The notes below the pieces were generated by a model. It saw nothing but the letters and a program-made list of their open reading frames with translations. It was not told where the DNA came from and made no database searches. Source: Myxococcota bacterium (GTDB lineage: Bacteria; Myxococcota_A; Polyangia; Nannocystales; Nannocystaceae). From it: a DNA stretch of 64,000 nucleotides. The stretch is from positions 96,001-160,000 of the forward strand of contig JBCCHT010000025.1 of assembly GCA_039028615.1 (NCBI GenBank). Reading direction: 5' to 3'. The position numbers and the translations under genes are program-made. Shown here one piece after another: positions 19,601-28,529 of the stretch (position 1 is its first letter; every line of letters begins with the position of its first letter).

Positions 19601-22600
19601 AGTCGACACCGCCCCCGAGGGGATGTCGGCCTCCCAGACATCGCCGCCCACGTTCGCCGCGTTGACGAACGAGAAGATCGGCAGCCCGCCTTGGGTGCGG
19701 TAGTAGACCCGCACGAAGGACAGACCCGAGACATCGGTGACCGTCGCGCTCACCGTCACCGCGGCGGCCGGAGCCTGACCGTTGGCGACGGGCGTGTGCA
19801 CGATGACCGGCCCTTCGGCGTCGACCGTGTCCACCGTGAAGGTGTGCACGGACGCAGGCGCACCCGCGGGGTCGGTGCCGAAGTTGGCCGACGTGTCGGA
19901 GGCCTCGATGTAGTAGTCGACCCCGGCTGCCGTCACGTCGATGCCCGGGATCTGAGCCTGCCACGTGTTGCCGCCGATGTTGGCCATGGCCGAGCTGCTG
20001 AACCCGGCCGCCCCGACGTCACGGTAGTAGACGGTGGCTGCCGCCACCCCGCTGGCGTCGATGATGTCCGCGGTGATCGTGACCGGGTTGCCCGCGATCT
20101 GGCCGTCCGCGATCGGCGTGTGGTTCATGGTGGGCGGGGTCGTGTCCGAGCCCGCGCCTTCGACGACGGTGAAGTCGTTGAGGATGATCGGCGCCCCGAT
20201 GGGGTGCGTGCTGACGTTGGGCACCGCGTTGGTGTCCGAGGCCTCGAGGTAGTACTCGATGCCGGGCGGGTTGACGTCCACGGCCGGGATGCTCGCCGAC
20301 CAGACATTGCCGCCGCCGTCGGACATGGCCAACACCGTGTACGGGTCGGCGCTGCCCAGCGTGCGGTAGTAGACGTAGGCCGACCCGACGCCGGTTGCAT
20401 CGGAGATGGTGGCCTGGATGTTGACCGGCGCGCCCTCGTTCTGGCCGTCGACGACCTCGGAGTGCACGATGTCGGGCGGGTTGTTCTCGGTGACGACCAG
20501 GAAGTCCCACACCGCCGCGGCCGGAGCTCCGGCCGGGGTGATGCTCGAGTTGCCGAGCGGGTCGTCGGCGACGATCCAGTACTCGACACCGGCCGTGGTG
20601 ACCGAGGCGCCGGGAATGACGCCGCTGTAGGTGTTGCCGCCAACCAGCGCCAGGGGCACGAAGCCGGCGCAGTTGGTCAGCTCGCCGATCGCCCGGTAGC
20701 AGGCGAAGGCCGAGTTGACGCCCGAGGGGTCGGTAATGTCCGCGACGATCGCGACGTCGTTGCCGGCGATCTGCCCGTCGGGGATCTCGGCATGGATCAC
20801 GTTGGGACCGGTGGTGTCCGCTCCCATGCCCGTGATGTGGGCCACCGTGGTGTCGACGTCGGTGAGCCCGACGTTGTCGGTGACGGTCAGGGTGACCGTG
20901 AAGTCGCCGACACTGTTGTAGGTGTACTGCGGGTTGGGATCGTTGGACGTACCGACTCCGTCGCCGAAGTCCCAGCTCCAGCTGACGATGGTGCCATCGC
21001 CGTCGGTGCTGGCCTCGTTGAAGTTGACCGGGTTACCGACGTCCTCGAACACCTCGACACCCGCATCCGCCACCGGGCGCATGTTCACGTCGAACTGCAC
21101 GCGGTGGTGATCCTCGGCGCCGTCGTTGTCGATGATCGTGATGTAGGCGAACTGCCCGTTGCCGTTGGTATCGAAGGTGTAGTTGGGCGACAGGCCCGCG
21201 ACGACCTCGCCCGTGCTCTCGATCGTCCAGTAGGCGGTGTCGATGGTGCCGTCGGGGTCCACCGCGGCCGAGCCGTCGAGCACGATCGGCTCGTTGTGCG
21301 GCTGAAGCACCGTGTCGGGGATGCCGTCCGCCCGCGGCTCCTGGTTGGCCGCCGGATCGAACTCGAACGCGCCCATGTCGGGGGCCGCCCCGATGGTCCG
21401 CGGGTTGCCCCGGATGTCCAGGGTCGGCAGGTTGGGCGCGGACGGATCACCGCCGTTGACCGCGAGCGACTCGGCCCACACCGCACCGTCCCACCAGCGA
21501 GGGAACGCCTCCCAGTCGTCGTCCTCGATCAGCGGGTCGATGAAGATGTTGCCGATGTTGTTGCTGCCCGAGGGCGCCTCGGCCCGGTTCGAGGTGTCGA
21601 AGAAGACGTTGCTACGGTGTCGCTGGGTCGACGAGGTCTCGCCGTAGATCGCGTAGGTGCGACTGTTGGCGATGATGTTGTTGTAGATGTCGTAGTTGCC
21701 CGACGAGCTCGTGTAGTAGATACCGTAGCGCTGGTTGACGATCGTATTGTTGATGATGTCGAGGTCGTTACCCGAGTTGGTGACCCGGATCCCGTACCCC
21801 GTGCCCGCGTAGTTTGCGTGGGTGATGTACGAGCTGCGGATCGTGCCATCACAGCCCCCCGTGAAGTACATCCCGTAAGCGTTGAGGCCGTCGCCAATGA
21901 TCGACACGCGCTCGATGTCGACGTCGTTCGTCGCGTTGTCCACGTCGGATCCGTAGATGCCGTACGCGTCGACGTAGAGCATCTCGGTATCGGAGATGAC
22001 CGGACCCGAGGGCCCCGTCATCCGGATACCGGTGTTCGGGTACTCGATGCGAACGTTGCTGACGTTGGAGGTACCCGCGTCGAAGAAGCGCAGGCCCTGC
22101 CAGTCGCTGGGCTCGGGGTTGATGGTGTCCGGCGCGAGCGTGATGGGTGCACCGCTGTCGTCGGTGACCAGGGTGCCGCCGCTCAGCACGCGAATCGCGG
22201 ACCGGGAGGAGACCTCGCCGCCTCCCATGTCGTCGCCATCGACCTGGAACAGCAGCACGGACCCCGGCTGTAGCGTCACGGTGGACCCGGTCGGGACGAT
22301 GATGTCCCCTGGGACCTGGTGGCTGCCCGCCAGGAAGGTATGGTCTTCCCAGAAGTAGCCCATCATCGGCACGGTCAGGTGACCAACATAGGGTTCGACG
22401 CCGATATAGCCATCGAGCCCCTGGTTGCGGTTGGGTGATCGCGACGTGGGCCGGTAGTCACCGCCCGCCAGGTCCGCGTACAGAGGGTTGTACCCAAAGC
22501 ACCCACTGCTATCGATGAGCCCGCCGTTGCCCCCGCCATTGCCCCAGCGGTTGGTGTCGTTGCAGTTGACCCCTCCACTGGTCGCCGAGCTCACGTTGTG

Positions 22601-25267
22601 CGTGATCGAGCAGGAGTTGAAGGTCATGGTGCCGCTGAAGGTCCGAGCACCGTACAGGCCGTTACCCACGATGGTGTTGTGGGTGTGGTTCTGAGTCCGC
22701 GCCTCGATCCCCTCTTGCCCGTTGTTGGCGAGGGTGAGGTTCGACAGGTTGGACGTGGTCACGTTGGCGTAGATGCCCTCGGTCCCGCTGTTCCAGACGC
22801 CTCCGACGTCCCAGTTCAGCGTGCTGCCGCCCTGCACGTGGAGCCCGCGCGCCCCGCTGTTCTCGATCGTGACGTTGGTGAGCGTGGGCGAGCCACTGCC
22901 GGTGAGGTAGATCCCGTCCTGCGTACTGTTGGTCACCACCAGATCGGTGAGGTTCAGGTTCGGGGTGTTGGAGTTGATACCCCGGTAGTTGTTGTTGAGG
23001 GTCGTCCCCGTGATGGTGGGACCACCGCCCGTGATGAAGATGCCGGCGTCGCTCGACTCCTCGATGACCGCGTTTTGGATGATGTGGTTGCTCGAACGCA
23101 GGTCGAGGCCGTTGCGCGCGTATCGGATGTTCGTCTCCGAGACGTTGAACGACGGCGACGACGCGATGATGACCAACCCGGTCCAATCGCCGGGCGCGGG
23201 TACGGCCGCCGCCGAGGTCATGTTCGCGAAGTTGGAGACGGTGCCGTCGGCCTCGAGCTCGCCCGCCACGTAGATCTCGACGAGGTCGAGATCGGTACCG
23301 GCCTCGAGCGTGTCGCCGATCACCATCTCGAGCGTCGCCCCCGGCTGCACGGTGACCGTGGTGTCGGGGTGAATGAGCATGTCCCCCGATAGCTGGTAGG
23401 TCGTGTCGGCCGCGAAGACATGATCGACGTACCAGGCCCCGTGGAAGCCGGCCGGGCTCGGTGCGCCGACGTAGTCGATTGCGCCCGCGGCTCCCGTGCC
23501 GTCGAGCGGACTCCACCACCGAGCCGGCGAGCGCTCGGTGGGCTCGAAGTTCCCGTTGGCGGCGTCGACCAGCAGCGCGTCGGCGCGAAGGTTGTCGTAG
23601 ACCCGAGTGCCCGAGGACGGCACGCTGCCGCCCCACCAGACGTTCTCGCGGATGTCGGTGTTGGAGCAGTTGTAGGTCGACGCGCTGAAGACGGTGTTGC
23701 TCGAGAAGAAGACGTTGCGCGTCAGGTCGAGGCAGGTCGACGAGCTGGGATAGTTCCGAATCGCGTAGCTCGTGGCGCCATAGAACGTGTTGAACGAGGC
23801 GACCATCGTGCCGCTGCTCGAGGCGGTCGAGTACACGCCGTACTGGTTCACCCCCGCGAAGATGTTGTTCGTCAGCACCCCCGCCCGCTGATAGTTGATG
23901 CGCGCCCCGGTGTTGAAGTCGGTGATGCTCGAGTTGCTGAGCTGCATCGACCCCGAACCCGAGTACGTGTGGTAGATGCCGTAGTCGCTGTTCGACGCCG
24001 GGTTGCCGGTCATCGTGACCCCATCGACGACGGTCGTGGTGCCCGAGGCCTGCACACCTCGAGCGCAGCCGTTGAGCGTGCCGCCGTTGAGCGTGAACTG
24101 CCCGGAGGTGTTGACGCAGTATCCCGTCGTGCCCCCGCCCGTGGCCGTAAAGTTGTTGACGACCAACGTGCCGTTCGTCTGCAGGAGGCCAGTGGCGTTG
24201 AAGGTCGACACCGTGACGTTGTCGACGGTGTGGTTACCCACGCCCGGAGACGTGAAGCGCAGCGCAGTGTCGGCGTGACGGAGCTCGGCGTACGAGAACG
24301 AGCTCGAAGACCCGCTCTGCAGGATGATGCCCTCCCAGCTGTTGGAGCTCGTCAGCGTCTCGTGCTCGAAGATCACCGGGTTGGCGGCCGTGCCCTGAAC
24401 GTCGAGCGTGCCCTGCACGTCGATGAAGCGGCCCGTATCGCCGGCCCCCATGTGGACCTCGACACCCGCCTCGATGGTCAGGGTCACGCCGGCCGAGATG
24501 GTGAGGTCACCCGCGCCCGGGCCGATGATGTAGGGGCTGCCCGCCAGGTCCCAGGTGGTGTCGACGTTGATCGCCGTGCCGGGAGCCACCGGGGTCATGT
24601 GCGTGACCACGGGACCGATGGTCACGTCGAGGTCGTCGGGCACGGGGGGTGAGCTGCTGCTCGAGCTCGAGTCGTAGTCACTGCCGTCGGACGAATCCTC
24701 GGAGAAGATTCGCTGGCCCACGACGTGGACCTCGGGATTGAGCCCCGCGAGGTCTTCCACCCCGCGGTTGCCGGTCACGATCAGGTCGCCACCGATGAAC
24801 CCGAGCCCACCGAGACCCATGAGCGAGGTCAGCTGATCGTTGTCGACGACGATCAGGTTGCCCTCGATCTCGATGATGCACTCGAGCCCCTCGAGGTCCT
24901 CGAGCTCGGAGGCGAGGATCACCAGATCGCCGGCGATGATGGTGTAGCCCTCGAGCGCCGCCACATCTTCGGCGGTGACCAGCGCGACATCACCCTCGTA
25001 GACCTTGTCTTCGTCGGGGCAGACGAGCTCGCCATCGTCGGACGCGGCCGCATCACTGGCCGTTTCACCGCCGCTCCCCGTGGCCGAGTCGGAGCCCGCG
25101 GTCGTGCCCGTGGACCCCCGCGCGGGCTCGGTATCGACGGTCGCGACCGACGTCGCCCCCGTCGTCGTCCCAGCAGGAGGCACCGCATTGTCTGGCCCGT
25201 CGCACGACAGCAACACACCCAACGAAAGCACCGCGGTTCGCCATGACCGACGCGCAAGCAATCCCAT
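16670..25267 (-). CDS. 2865-aa surface protein: receptor-L-like region, right-handed beta-helix regions, PKD domains, 11 Ig-like repeats, MYXO-CTERM-like tail
   Basis: Lipobox LLSC; Asn/Gly-rich beta-helix stacks; PDMGAFE; WSWDFGDG PKD; repeated PPxIxH...YYIEAxD units; GCNSC + hydrophobic + RRRR terminus. Confidence 0.88.
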   Translation of the reverse strand: MGLLARRSWRTAVLSLGVLLSCDGPDNAVPPAGTTTGATSVATVDTEPARGSTGTTAGSDSATGSGGETASDAAASDDGELVCPDEDKVYEGDVALVTAEDVAALEGYTIIAGDLVILASELEDLEGLECIIEIEGNLIVVDNDQLTSLMGLGGLGFIGGDLIVTGNRGVEDLAGLNPEVHVVGQRIFSEDSSDGSDYDSSSSSSSPPVPDDLDVTIGPVVTHMTPVAPGTAINVDTTWDLAGSPYIIGPGAGDLTISAGVTLTIEAGVEVHMGAGDTGRFIDVQGTLDVQGTAANPVIFEHETLTSSNSWEGIILQSGSSSSFSYAELRHADTALRFTSPGVGNHTVDNVTVSTFNATGLLQTNGTLVVNNFTATGGGTTGYCVNTSGQFTLNGGTLNGCARGVQASGTTTVVDGVTMTGNPASNSDYGIYHTYSGSGSMQLSNSSITDFNTGARINYQRAGVLTNNIFAGVNQYGVYSTASSSGTMVASFNTFYGATSYAIRNYPSSSTCLDLTRNVFFSSNTVFSASTYNCSNTDIRENVWWGGSVPSSGTRVYDNLRADALLVDAANGNFEPTERSPARWWSPLDGTGAAGAIDYVGAPSPAGFHGAWYVDHVFAADTTYQLSGDMLIHPDTTVTVQPGATLEMVIGDTLEAGTDLDLVEIYVAGELEADGTVSNFANMTSAAAVPAPGDWTGLVIIASSPSFNVSETNIRYARNGLDLRSSNHIIQNAVIEESSDAGIFITGGGPTITGTTLNNNYRGINSNTPNLNLTDLVVTNSTQDGIYLTGSGSPTLTNVTIENSGARGLHVQGGSTLNWDVGGVWNSGTEGIYANVTTSNLSNLTLANNGQEGIEARTQNHTHNTIVGNGLYGARTFSGTMTFNSCSITHNVSSATSGGVNCNDTNRWGNGGGNGGLIDSSGCFGYNPLYADLAGGDYRPTSRSPNRNQGLDGYIGVEPYVGHLTVPMMGYFWEDHTFLAGSHQVPGDIIVPTGSTVTLQPGSVLLFQVDGDDMGGGEVSSRSAIRVLSGGTLVTDDSGAPITLAPDTINPEPSDWQGLRFFDAGTSNVSNVRIEYPNTGIRMTGPSGPVISDTEMLYVDAYGIYGSDVDNATNDVDIERVSIIGDGLNAYGMYFTGGCDGTIRSSYITHANYAGTGYGIRVTNSGNDLDIINNTIVNQRYGIYYTSSSGNYDIYNNIIANSRTYAIYGETSSTQRHRSNVFFDTSNRAEAPSGSNNIGNIFIDPLIEDDDWEAFPRWWDGAVWAESLAVNGGDPSAPNLPTLDIRGNPRTIGAAPDMGAFEFDPAANQEPRADGIPDTVLQPHNEPIVLDGSAAVDPDGTIDTAYWTIESTGEVVAGLSPNYTFDTNGNGQFAYITIIDNDGAEDHHRVQFDVNMRPVADAGVEVFEDVGNPVNFNEASTDGDGTIVSWSWDFGDGVGTSNDPNPQYTYNSVGDFTVTLTVTDNVGLTDVDTTVAHITGMGADTTGPNVIHAEIPDGQIAGNDVAIVADITDPSGVNSAFACYRAIGELTNCAGFVPLALVGGNTYSGVIPGASVTTAGVEYWIVADDPLGNSSITPAGAPAAAVWDFLVVTENNPPDIVHSEVVDGQNEGAPVNIQATISDATGVGSAYVYYRTLGSADPYTVLAMSDGGGNVWSASIPAVDVNPPGIEYYLEASDTNAVPNVSTHPIGAPIILNDFTVVEGAGSDTTPPTMNHTPIADGQIAGNPVTITADIIDASGVAAATVYYRDVGAAGFSSSAMANIGGNTWQAQIPGIDVTAAGVDYYIEASDTSANFGTDPAGAPASVHTFTVDTVDAEGPVIVHTPVANGQAPAAAVTVSATVTDVSGLSFVRVYYRTQGGLPIFSFVNAANVGGDVWEADIPSGAVSTPGVDYYIQANDTLGNSSSDPVGAPGSFHSFTVGAVDGDGPSIVHTEVPNGQTEGMAVPISATIVDPSGVTAANLHYRIAGAPTFTIVAMVAGAGDVYTSSIPEASVTTAGVDYFIEAVDGSPGANVSTDPFSSWHTFTVIAADMTGPIITHTAITELDFGDPLVVVATLTDASPIDTAVVRWRLDGGGYADAPMANIGGNDYQATVPAGSIPDGTVIVGYYIDVSDSLGNMSVLPVGAPATDYPVTVIYPDTTAPVVTLEPIAEPHVEGDDLLVTINATDAESGITSVAVYYKETAEAVYASVPAVGAGPYTAVIPGAAMVAPSMDIYAEAVDGNLNTGTSAVTTVTVIPPPDVDPPTILIAPVPNGQLEGVAVTVDASITDPSGVASATLFYRVQGGNFSPVPFANTVGDNWEATIPAGDVEVPLMEYYVLATDASPAANVGVAPAGGAGAPLSFTVDTNDTAGPTIAHTPVMGPVLSGSNVVVQATLNDGAGVDSASVWWRDEGAGVFTEIAMTNFGAGLWSAEIPSVVAPGVDYYISAQDTLGNQSWDPGTAPATWHNVEVIDQDVDPPAISHVEITDGQLEGMPVTIEATVADPSGVDSVLLYYRTAGGGPFVAAAMPLVGGGLYSGTIPGGAVALPAVEYYIQATDLAFGGSNTGFAPLGAPGVLYDFDVGPIDVDPPVIVHTPIVDGQEEGFGVTVTADITDATGLTSVTLYYRTSGMGMWTSVDMPQTVGDTHEAEIDAAFVLPPGVDYYIEAVDSTVAQLAQTHPLDAPDVDYHEFTVEGMMGSSGSSGTTDGGESSSSGTTDGGESSSSGTTGGESSSGTTDGGESSSSGTTDGGESSSSGTTDGGESGSSEGGSTDEGGSTDEGGSTSRGESDGTTDTPDGTGSDTESPADTTAGSDTEGTGSGTDTGSGSDDGATGSTGDSSPNASAVDEGCNSCKTGNSSGGPRAFLLLMGMLLLRRGRRRRTR
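16970..17220 (-). repeat. Coding tandem repeats: ~33-bp GGESSSSGTTD units and 18-bp EGGSTD units (linker)
   Basis: Repeated gagctgctcgactcgccaccgtccgtggtcccc and gagccgccttcgtcggtc units. Confidence 0.85.
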
Positions 25268-25789
25268 CGTCGTGCTCTAACACCCGCAAAAAACCCTCTC
25301 AAGTGAACCCACGAGCCGGTTTCGGGGCTCTCCTTCATCGTTCGCCCGACGCTTCGCCCCGCGTTCGATCGGGTTGGCACGTGACAACGAGACGAATTCT
25401 CGGAGCGGTTGCCGGTTCGCTGCGCACGGATCCTCGAGTGCCTACACGGGCATTCATCACGAACGCGACGACCGATTCGAACGCCCTCGTACTTTTGGTC
25501 AATTCGTGCAGAAGTGATCGGGAAAGTGCCGAAGCTCTACCGTCGACCCCGTCGTTCGAGCTTGGGACGCTCGTGGATCGATGCGGACCGTCGACCCGCA
25601 TGGCGAAACATTTTTCGCGGGGTGCAACGCCTACAGGTCGGACTCGGATCGAGACCACGACGTGATCGAGCCCTCGCCCCGACGTTGCTCGCATCACGCG
25701 AACGACGACGTCGGAGGGAGGGCTCGCAGGGCATCCCTCCTTCGAGCGCGAGGAGGCACTCGGGAGGGCGCGACTCGGGCTCGATGCCG

Positions 25790-26050
25790 CTAGCGTCGTT
25801 CCGACGGAGCGACCACCGAGATGCTGGTCCCGCGCAGGTCCACCTGGGCAATGGAGATCGAGACTTCGGAACCGTCTTGGAACTCGATCTCCAGGCTGAC
25901 ATCGCGGTCTCCGACCGCGAGCTCATGAAGCCATTCGTGATCACCCGGATCGATGATCCCGGTGCTCGTGTCGTAGGTCCCGCCCCGGAGCAGGACAGTG
26001 GTGCCGTCGCGAGCCTCTGCCGACAGCCGCTGGATGATCTTCGTCGCCAT
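25790..26050 (-). CDS. Small hypothetical protein (86 aa)
   Basis: ATG at 26050 gives a non-overlapping, beta-rich-looking ORF (MATKIIQRL...). Confidence 0.55.
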   Translation of the reverse strand: MATKIIQRLSAEARDGTTVLLRGGTYDTSTGIIDPGDHEWLHELAVGDRDVSLEIEFQDGSEVSISIAQVDLRGTSISVVAPSERR

Positions 26051-26129
26051 GGCTGCATGGAACCGCCATGCGCACGACGACGCAACCCCCGTAAGCAGGG
26101 GGCAGGCGCACATCCGCGAGCCTTCTCCG

Positions 26130-27092
26130 CTACGAAGAGCCCGGCCCGTCGCCGCCGCGGTCGATGAGGAACATACCCAGCCGCTCGAGCCCTCGACCGA
26201 AGCGGTCTCGACCCGGCCGCCCCTGCACGCGACGGCGCGCTTCCACATAGGCCGGATGCACCCGCAGGCGGCTCGGCAAGCGCGGGACCACGGCACGCAA
26301 GGTCGCCATCGAAGCGCGATGGATCCGTTGCTCGGTCGCACCATAGGGAAGCTCGTACGCCTCGCGGAGCCCGGGCGGCATCAAGCCCGCGGTGACGATT
26401 TCGAGCCAGCGAAACAAGGGTCGCCGAATCCACTGTGGACTCGACAGCAGAAACCGTCGCATCTCGATCGCGGGCTCGCCCACCGCCAGGCAATCGGACT
26501 GCCACATGCGCTGGTTGTACGCGAGGAAGTCGGCCCAGGTCGGCGGCAGCACGGCCGGGCTCACCCCGAACAGCGCCGCGAAGCGCCACGACTCACGGTA
26601 GTAGGTCTCCTTGTCCTCGTCGCTCAGCGGCCGCACGCACTGCTCGTAGACCAGCACCGAGGTCTCCACGAGGGTGGCATAGACCCACAATAATGCATCC
26701 TCGTCGTTGGCTTCGTAGCGATCGCCCTTCCGCTGCCGCCCCACGTCCTCCGCCACCGAGCCCACCATCCGCTCGTGGATCGCTCGCACGCGTCGCGCCG
26801 ATCGTTCCGCCGCCTCGTACGGCCCGAAGATCATCGCGTACACGTTGTCGAAGGTTCGCTTGAACCGCCCCAGCGGGTCGGTCCGGGTATGCGAGTGCTG
26901 ATCGATCGCATGCGCCACGAACGGGTGAGCCGTCTGCAACAGCGCAGCGCGACCCGCCCCCACGAACACGATGATCTCCCGGTTCAGCCGCCACGAGACG
27001 CTATCGGGCGCATAGATCCCCGCCTCGGGCTCGCTCACCTGCGCGCGCACCCAGGCGAGCCGGGATTCGAATTGATCGCGCTCGACGGTCAT
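26130..27092 (-). CDS. Oxygenase MpaB family protein (DUF2236)
   Basis: RAALLQTAHP, DPLGRFKRT, VRAIH, YEAND...LLWVYATL. Confidence 0.9.
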   Translation of the reverse strand: MTVERDQFESRLAWVRAQVSEPEAGIYAPDSVSWRLNREIIVFVGAGRAALLQTAHPFVAHAIDQHSHTRTDPLGRFKRTFDNVYAMIFGPYEAAERSARRVRAIHERMVGSVAEDVGRQRKGDRYEANDEDALLWVYATLVETSVLVYEQCVRPLSDEDKETYYRESWRFAALFGVSPAVLPPTWADFLAYNQRMWQSDCLAVGEPAIEMRRFLLSSPQWIRRPLFRWLEIVTAGLMPPGLREAYELPYGATEQRIHRASMATLRAVVPRLPSRLRVHPAYVEARRRVQGRPGRDRFGRGLERLGMFLIDRGGDGPGSS

Positions 27093-27116
27093 GACCGCGG
27101 CCGCATTGTAGCGGCC

Positions 27117-28526
27117 CTACGTCAGGATCGAGTCGATGAGCCCCGAGTACGCCGACGGGGTGCCCAACACCCGGTCGACGCCATTGGCTGCCAGCAAGGT
27201 CGTATACAGGTCCGTGCTGGAAGCCCCGACGTCGAAGATCTGCCCCGTGCGGATGCGGCCGTTACAGCCGCTGACGGCATGGAACACGCTCTCGAGGTCG
27301 TGCGGCGCCCCGTTGCCCAGCTCGGTGCCCATGGTGATGAGGGCGTTGTCCAGCACGGTGCCGCCGTTTTCATCCGCGTAGTTAGGGTCGTCGAGCAGCT
27401 GGAGGAAGTACACCATCTGGCTGAGCAAGAAGTGGGTATGCCAGCGCATCTCGGTGTTGGCCGCCCCGGGGTTGTAGCTGTGCCAGTACTCGTGGCTGCC
27501 CGCGCTGCCGATGGGATGCGAGGCGTCGGCGAACTGAATGGTCTCGCCGCCGTAGTCCCAAGGCCCTTGTAGGTGCAGCCGCTCGCCCGCGGACTGGAAC
27601 ATCACCATGCCGAAGCGGGTGAGGTCGCAGTGCACGGCCATGGCGTACAGCTCACACATGCGCTGCCAGTAGGTGACCCACTCGTTGACCAACAAAATGG
27701 GCCCGCCCCCGCCTCCGTCGACGTCCTGGCCGTGCAGCAGCGGCAGGGTGCCGGGGTGGTCGGGCAGCTCGCACGCCAGGTCCTCGGGGAACAGCTTCTT
27801 CTCGAGCTCGCGCACCTTGTCGAGGTGGTCGGCGATCTTCGAGCGCGACGAGGCGCCGAGCGGAGAGCCGCTGCCCGTGTAGTGCTGGTACTGGTCGAGC
27901 ACCGAGTCGAGGATGCTGCGCTCGTAGTGTGCCGCCCGCAGATCGTCGGGATCGGTGCTGGTCCCCGCGTCGCCGAAGATCCGATCGAAGAGCGCGTCGG
28001 GGCTCTCGATGGGCACGTCGACCGCGGTGCCGTCTTCCTTCCAGCAGTGCACGAAGCGGGTGAGCGACAGGTCGTTGTCGAGCTTGCGACGGAAGAAGCT
28101 CCCCATCATCAGGGTGGTGACCAGCGTGTCGGGCCCCTGGGGATACTTGGCCGCGAGCAGGGCCTGGTCGACGGAGGGCCCGCCCGCTTCGCTGGTGGTG
28201 GGCGGCTCGACCCCCGTGAAGATTCCGCCACCCCCGTCGAAGTGGTTGTTCTCGGAGCCGTCGCACTCGTACAAGTTCACACCGCGCAAGATCGCCAGCT
28301 TGTCGGCGACGGCGGCCAGCGGTGACATCGGCCCGGACAGGCCCTCGGCCTGAATCTGCTTGGGGATGCCGAGCCCGAAGAACAGGTTGAACGCCCGCGC
28401 GGGCGGCTCGGCCTGGCCCCCGTAGGCGCTTTCGATGCGCATCTCGTCGAGGAAGGGCAGACCGATGGCGACCGTGCCCGCGCCTCGCAGCAGGGTCCGA
28501 CGACTCATGACGTTGCGGTTTCGCAT
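27117..28526 (-). CDS. DUF1552 protein, Tat-type signal
   Basis: SRRTLLRGAG..IGLPFLDEM; SILDSV; HLDKVRELEK; CDLTR; TVLDN. Confidence 0.9.
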   Translation of the reverse strand: MRNRNVMSRRTLLRGAGTVAIGLPFLDEMRIESAYGGQAEPPARAFNLFFGLGIPKQIQAEGLSGPMSPLAAVADKLAILRGVNLYECDGSENNHFDGGGGIFTGVEPPTTSEAGGPSVDQALLAAKYPQGPDTLVTTLMMGSFFRRKLDNDLSLTRFVHCWKEDGTAVDVPIESPDALFDRIFGDAGTSTDPDDLRAAHYERSILDSVLDQYQHYTGSGSPLGASSRSKIADHLDKVRELEKKLFPEDLACELPDHPGTLPLLHGQDVDGGGGGPILLVNEWVTYWQRMCELYAMAVHCDLTRFGMVMFQSAGERLHLQGPWDYGGETIQFADASHPIGSAGSHEYWHSYNPGAANTEMRWHTHFLLSQMVYFLQLLDDPNYADENGGTVLDNALITMGTELGNGAPHDLESVFHAVSGCNGRIRTGQIFDVGASSTDLYTTLLAANGVDRVLGTPSAYSGLIDSILT

Positions 28527-28529
28527 CGG

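Noticed and set aside
16469..22273. 1934-aa plus-strand ORF and similar long ORFs (3515-6571, 13051-15906, 33996-37004)
   Set aside because: Mostly antisense shadows of real high-GC genes; no motifs and biased composition
25268..25790. Long intergenic region as ncRNA or riboswitch
   Set aside because: No repeated motif, strong stems or terminator recognised; likely the promoter region of the giant gene
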